From Scyliorhinus canicula (taxonomy: Eukaryota), in the NCBI RefSeq assembly GCF_902713615.1, contig NC_052157.1, forward strand, positions 58,354,325 to 58,418,324: a stretch of DNA of 64,000 nt. The letters are read 5' to 3'. The translations under genes and the position numbers were made by a program. The notes beneath the pieces are model-generated. The model ran no database searches and had not been told where the DNA came from. It saw only the letters and a list, made by a program, of their open reading frames with translations. Shown in pieces: positions 58,540 through 64,000 of the stretch. Every line of letters starts with the position of its first letter. The stretch's first letter is position 1.

Positions 58540-61270
58540 GTTCAGTACTGAGAGAGTGCAACACTGCTGGAAGGTCAGTATTGCAGGAGTGCTATCCTAT
58601 CAGAGGGTCAGTACTGAGCGAGCGCAGCACTGTCAGAGGATCAGTACTCAAGGAGTGCTATCCTATCAGAGGGTCAGTACTGAGCGAGCGCTGCACTGTC
58701 AGAGGATCAGTACTCAAGGAGTGCTGCAGTGTCAGAGGGTCAGTACTGAGGGAGCGCCGCACTGTCAGAGGGTCAGTACTGAGGGAATGCTGCAGTGTCA
58801 GAGGGTCAGTTCTAAGGGAGTGCTGCACTGTCAGAGAGTCAGTACTGGGGAAGTGCTGCAGTGTCAGAGGGTCAGTACTGAGGTGGTGCTGCATTGTCAG
58901 AGAAGAGTCAGTACTGAGGGAGCGCTGCATTGTCAGAGAGTTAGTACTGAAGGAGGGCTGCACTGTCAGAGAGTCAGTACTGAGGAAGTGCTGCAATGTC
59001 AAAGGATCTGTACTGAGGGAGTGTTGCACTGTCAGAGGGTCAGTACTGAGGGACTGCTGCACAGTCAAAGTCAGTACTGAGGAAGTGCTGCATTGTCAGA
59101 GAGTCAGTACTGAGGGAGGGCTGCAATGTCAGAGAGTCAGTACTGAGGGAGGGCTGCAATGTCAAAGGACCTGTACTGAGGGGAGGCTGCACTGTTGAAG
59201 GGTCAGTACTGAGCAACTGCTGAACTATCACAGGGTCAGTACTGAAGGAGCGCTGCGATGTTGGAGCGTTAGTACTGAGGGATTGCTGCACTGTCGGAGG
59301 ATCAGAACTCAGGGAGTACTGCACTGACAGAGGGTCAGTACTGAGGGAGTGCTGCACTGTCAGAGGGTCAGTACTGAAGGAGCGCTGCACTGTCAGAGGG
59401 TCAGTACTGAGGGAAGAAGCACTGTCAGAGGGTCAGAACTGAAGGAGCGCTGCACTGTCAGAGGGACAGTACTGAGGGAGTCCTGCACTGTCAGAGGGTC
59501 AGTACGGAAGGAGCGCTGCCCTGTCAGAGGGTCAGTACTGAGGGAGTGCTCCACTATTGGAGGGTCAGTACTAAGGGAGTGCTGCACTGTCAGAGAGTCA
59601 GTACTGAGGGAGTGCTGCACTGACAGAGGGTCAGTACTGAGGGAGTGCTGCACTGTCAGAGGGTCAGTACAGAGAGTGTGCTGCAAATTCGAAGGGTCAG
59701 TATTGAGGGAGTTCTTCACTGTCAGAGGGTCAGTACTGAGGGAGTGCTGCACTGTCAGAGGGTCAGTACTGAAGGAGTGCCGCACTGTCAGAGAGTCAGT
59801 ACTGAGGGAGTGCTGCACTGTCAGAGGGTCAGTACTGAGGGAGTGCTGCACTGTCAGAGGGTCAGTCCAGAGAGTGTGCTGCAAATTCGAAGGGTCAGTA
59901 CGGAGGGAGTTCTTCACTGTCAGATGGTCAGTACTGAGGGAGTGCTGCACTGTCAGAGGGTCAGTACTAAGGGAGTGCTGCAATGTCAAAGGATCTGTAC
60001 TGAGGGAGTGCTGCACTGTCAGAGGGTCAGTACTGAGGGACTGCTGCACAGTCAGAGTCAGTACTGAGGAAGTGCTGCATTGTCAGAGAGTCAGTACTGA
60101 GGGAGGGCTGCAATGTCAAAGGTCCTGTACTGAGGGGATGCTGCACTGTTGAAGGGTCAGTACTGAGCAACTGCTGAACTATCACAGGGTCAGTACTGAA
60201 GGAGCGCTGCAATGTTGGAGCGTTAGTACTGATAGATTGCTGCACTGTCGGAGGATCAGAACTCAGGGAGTACTGCACTGACAGAGGGTCAGTACTGAGG
60301 GAGTGCTGCACTGTCAGAGGGTCAGTACTGAAAGAGCGCTGCACTGTCAGAGGGTCAGTACTGAGGGAGTGATGCACTGTCAGAGGGTCAGAACTGAAGG
60401 AGCGCTGCACTGTCAGAGGGACAGTACTGAGGGAGTCCTGCACTGTCAGAGGGTCAGTACTGAAGGAGCGCTGCCCTGTCAGAGGGTCAGTGCTGAGTGA
60501 GTGCTCCACTATTGGAGGGTCAGTACTGAGGGAGTGCTGCACTGACAGAGGGTCAGTACTGAGGGTGTGCTGCACTGTCAGAGGGTCAGTACTGAGGGAG
60601 TGCTGCACTGTCAGAGGGTCAGTACAGAGTGTGTGCTGCAAATTCGAAGGGTCAGTATTGAGGGAGTTCTTCACTGTCAGAGGGTCAGTACTGAGGGACT
60701 GCTGCACAGTCAGAGTCAGTACTGAGGAAGTGCCGCACTGTCAGAGAGTCAGTACTGAGGGAGTGCTGCACTGTCAGAGGGTCAGTACTGAGGGAGTGCT
60801 GCACTGTCAGAGGGTCAGTCCAGAGAGTGTGCTGCAAATTCGAAGGGTCAGTACGGAGGGAGTTCTTCACTGTCAGATGGTCAGTACTGAGGGAGTGCTG
60901 CACTGTCAGAGGGTCCGTACTGAGGGAGTGCTGCACTGTCAGAGAGTCAGTACAGAGTGTGTGCTGCAAATTCGAAGGGTCAGTATTGAGGGAGTTCTTC
61001 ACTGTCAGAGGGTCAGTACTGAGGGAGTGCTGCACTGTCAGAGGGTCAGTACTGAAGGAGTGCCGCACTGTCAGAGAGTCAGTACTGAGGGAGTGCTGCA
61101 CTGTCAGAGGGTCAGTACTGAGGGAGTGCTGCACTGTCAGAGGGTCAGTCCAGAGAGTGTGCTGCAAATTTGAAGGGTCAGTACGGAGGGAGTTCTTCAC
61201 TGTCAGATGGTCAGTACTGAGCGAGTGCTGCACTGTCAGAGGGTCAGTGCTGAGGGAGTGTTGGACTGAC
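58540..61270. repeat. 33-bp minisatellite, copy 2, with higher-order duplications
   Basis: Same unit as 28494-29745; variant block GTGTGCTGCAAATTCGAAGG recurs six times; about 59060-59640 is repeated at about 60050-60560. Confidence 0.95.
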
Positions 61271-61493
61271 GGATGTGCATTCTTTCAAATGAAATATGAA
61301 ACCTTGAATACTGTGCCGTCTCAGGTGGATATAATTCATCCTAAGACATGATTTAATGGAGGGCTCACACTTGACACGATTGATAACTGAAGGCAGTTGT
61401 CCCAGTTCAAACCACTGTGCTGTTTGCAGGATTCTTGCTGTGAAAAATGGAAACTATTACACCTGATATAGAATGAAAGATACCCATACTTAC

Positions 61494-61787
61494 ATTGCAC
61501 AGTGAGTATGAGGGTCCGCTCCGGTGAAACAGATGGATCTCTCAGTCTACAGGTGAGAGTTTGTCCGTGGTGTCTGAGTGATGGGGTCAGGCTGAGAACA
61601 GAAGTATAGGTCAGAGTGACGCCATGCTGAGTTACTGTGTTTGAGACTGATCCAGGTACGTCAGTGGGAGTGTCCCAGGTTAAGACAGGTGCTGTTCCGT
61701 TGCACGTTGTGTTGAAGATGCAGTTTATGTCCACACGCTTTCCTGCAATAATTTCAGCAGGGACTATCCTGGGATTATCTGTGAAGT
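61494..61787 (-). CDS. Siglec-like gene A first C2-set Ig exon
   Basis: 294 bp, phase 1-1, close paralog of 30242-30535, open frame. Confidence 0.9.
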
Positions 61788-62755
61788 CTAACACAGAGAG
61801 AATGGATCCTTTTAGATAAATATAATGTGACCATTAGTTCAAATAGAAATGACAGTCCCACAAGAGAAAGCCTTTTTACAAGGATGATATCGGAATAGAA
61901 AGATTACAATGATCATTGAAGAATTTCCTATTTTTAGACTTGATGAAGCTCTGTCACTCAGCTGAATGCACTTTCACTCAGTGACCTTTGATTTGACCAC
62001 ACTGGGTGAGGGCGGATAAACAGCTCACAGCTCGGGGAGAACAGGTTCATCACTTTGTCCAAAATCTTCCAAAGTTAAATTGAAACCTGACCCCAGCAGG
62101 ACAGGAACAATTTGAAACCATCTCCAAAACAGCAGCTTAAACAGAATAAGAGTTCTCTTGAACCGGAATTATCAACTCTGTTTCTCTCCACACAGACGCT
62201 GACAGACCTGCTGAGGTTTTCCAGAATTTTCTGGGGGGTTTTCAGATCTCCGACATCTGCAGTGTTTTGCTTTCACTGGAATCAGGTGATCAGGTTATTG
62301 ATCACATTGCTGTTTGTGGGATCTTGCTGTGCATCAACTAGTCACAAATCAATCCAGTCGGAAATCAGAAGGTATTTATTTACCAGAGTGTTCCGAATGA
62401 ACATTCAGGAATTATTTCACTGTCTGTGAATCGATTTGGGATGTCCTGAGAAAGGTGCTGCAGAAATTTGATTCTTTTGTCGATATGTAAGACTTTTAAA
62501 CAGGATTAGAGAGATCGATAAGAGTGCATAATCCGATAACATTGATATGGACTCTCAATACATTTAATTATTGATATTAAAGAGAGTATTAAAGGTTGCT
62601 TTAGGACTGAAGTGGAAATATCATCAGGTTATTGATAATCAGACACTGTGTTATAATAAGCTGTGTTTTGTATTAATGTGTAAATGTCACAGTTTGTGTT
62701 ATTTCCCATTGAGTGTTGGATGTGAATTGTTGAGTAATTATAATACAGCACTTAC

Positions 62756-63533
62756 CAGAAACATGAAGCCGTGTTGCAGGATAATAGTTATGGCCGAGAC
62801 CACTGTCAAATTCTATCCTGAAAAAATAAGGTCCCGTATCTTCCCGCCTGATGTTGTTTATTATCAGGGAACAGTCTCCGTCTTTCAGGTCTCCAGACAG
62901 CCGGGTCCGATGGCGGAACCGTGGCAATTCGTGTTTGTGATCCTTGGAGTGGAAGGCTAGGGGCGCCCAGGGATTCACTTCCTCAATATTAAACCAGACT
63001 ATTCTTCGCGGTTGGTTTTTCAGACACAATGGATAACTGCAATGACTTGGAATCTTCACACACGAACCTTCCTGCGCTGTTACCTCTCGTAGAGTTTGGC
63101 CTTTCCACCAGAAACGGCCCTAGGGTTGCTGGCACCCCGGGCAAGCTGAACTTCGGCGCCCTTCGGTTGGGGGGGGGGGCTCCGTTCACCGAGGGAAGGG
63201 GGGGGGCGCCGGAGTGACCTGGTACATGATCGGGACCCACCGATCGGCGGGCCGGTCTTTCTGTCGGCAGGCCTCCTTTCTTCCACCGGCGTGCCTGGAT
63301 CCATCCGCCATGTTTGTGCGGGGCGGCCTGGGGGAGGGCGGCCACCGCGCATGCGCTGGTTGGTACCGGCCCAACTGCGCATGCGCGGGACCCGAGTCTT
63401 TTACGCGGCGCCGGGTCTCTGACGCCGGTCACACACTCCTTGATGGCGCCCCCTAGCACATGGCGCCCCGGGCGACTGCCCGAGTTGCCGGTACCTTGAG
63501 CCGGCCCTGCTTTCCACTCTTGTGACAGTTCAG
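62756..63533 (-). pseudogene. Siglec-like gene A V-set exon interrupted by a hAT MITE
   Basis: Removing 409 bp (insert + one TSD) restores a 369-bp exon with GDCSL and YFFRIE; leader exon lies beyond the window. Confidence 0.9.
63109..63509. mobile_element. Non-autonomous hAT-type element, 401 bp
   Basis: 8-bp TSD CTTTCCAC (63101-63108 and 63510-63517); imperfect TIRs CAGAAACGGCCC / GAGCCGGCCCTG. Confidence 0.88.
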
Positions 63534-63699
63534 CTGGAGAAAAAGATATCAATATTTACCACTGGGTGGCTTGTAGGCCCACGAGACTCAAAATGTATCT
63601 GAATTAGGGAGAAAGTCAATACTGAGGAAGACTGTGATCGCTGACTTTGGCAGGAAAAATAAAAAAGCTGAATATTATTTATTCTTTTATTTTAAAAGA

Positions 63700-64000
63700 A
63701 GAGGGACTACAGAATGTGGTGTAAAGGGATCTGAGTGTCTTTGTACATGAATTACAAAATGTTAGTATTCGTCTAGAGCAAGTGATTGGGAAGGTAAATG
63801 GAATGTAGGCCTTTATTGAAAGGGGGATGGAGTATAAAAGCAGGGAAATCTTGCTGCACCTGCACAGGGTGTTGGTGAGTTAACATTGAGAGTACTGAGT
63901 ACAGTTCTGGTCTGCATGCTTAAGGAGGGATATTCTTCCATCAGAAACTGTGAATGTTCACTATGCTGATTTCTGTGGCTGGTGGGTTATCTTATGGGGA
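63700..64000 (+). mobile_element. Old CR1 fragment
   Basis: Degenerate RDLSVFVH...GMEYKSREILLHL...VQFWS. Confidence 0.7.

Noticed and set aside
58556-61351. Zinc-finger-like ORFs (LHCQRVSTEGV)n
   Set aside because: Translations of an intronic 33-bp minisatellite in several frames.
62989-63552. 187-aa ORF as a novel secreted protein
   Set aside because: It is the first 8 codons of the V exon reading into the MITE.

Overview
Vertebrate genomic DNA, almost certainly from a cartilaginous fish (inference from HE1/V-SINE-like SINEs, CR1 LINEs, Harbinger, Penelope and Gypsy content). The host genes form a minus-strand tandem cluster of Siglec-like Ig receptors buried in nested transposons, and I reconstructed the exons by hand from splice sites and phases. 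Gene A (63533-53933) is V-set, C2, C2, neutral TM and a tail with ITIM plus ITIM/ITSM-like motifs; its V exon is interrupted by a 401-bp hAT MITE. Gene B has a 5'UTR exon near 43488, leader 43046-43007, V 31649-31281 and C2 30535-30242. It is phase-compatible with an orphan TM exon at 16435-16296 that has an intramembrane Arg and a short tail, so it looks like an activating partner. A fragment of a third V exon is fused to an intronic minisatellite at a deletion junction. The mobile DNA includes two Gypsy elements whose primer-binding site is complementary to their own LTR (apparent self-priming), a Gmr1-order LTR element, Penelope elements with minimal hammerhead ribozymes, and three tandem arrays that appear derived from a Harbinger transposase, a CR1 LINE and a DeuSINE. 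All of this was read by eye; splicing, expression and family names need confirmation.
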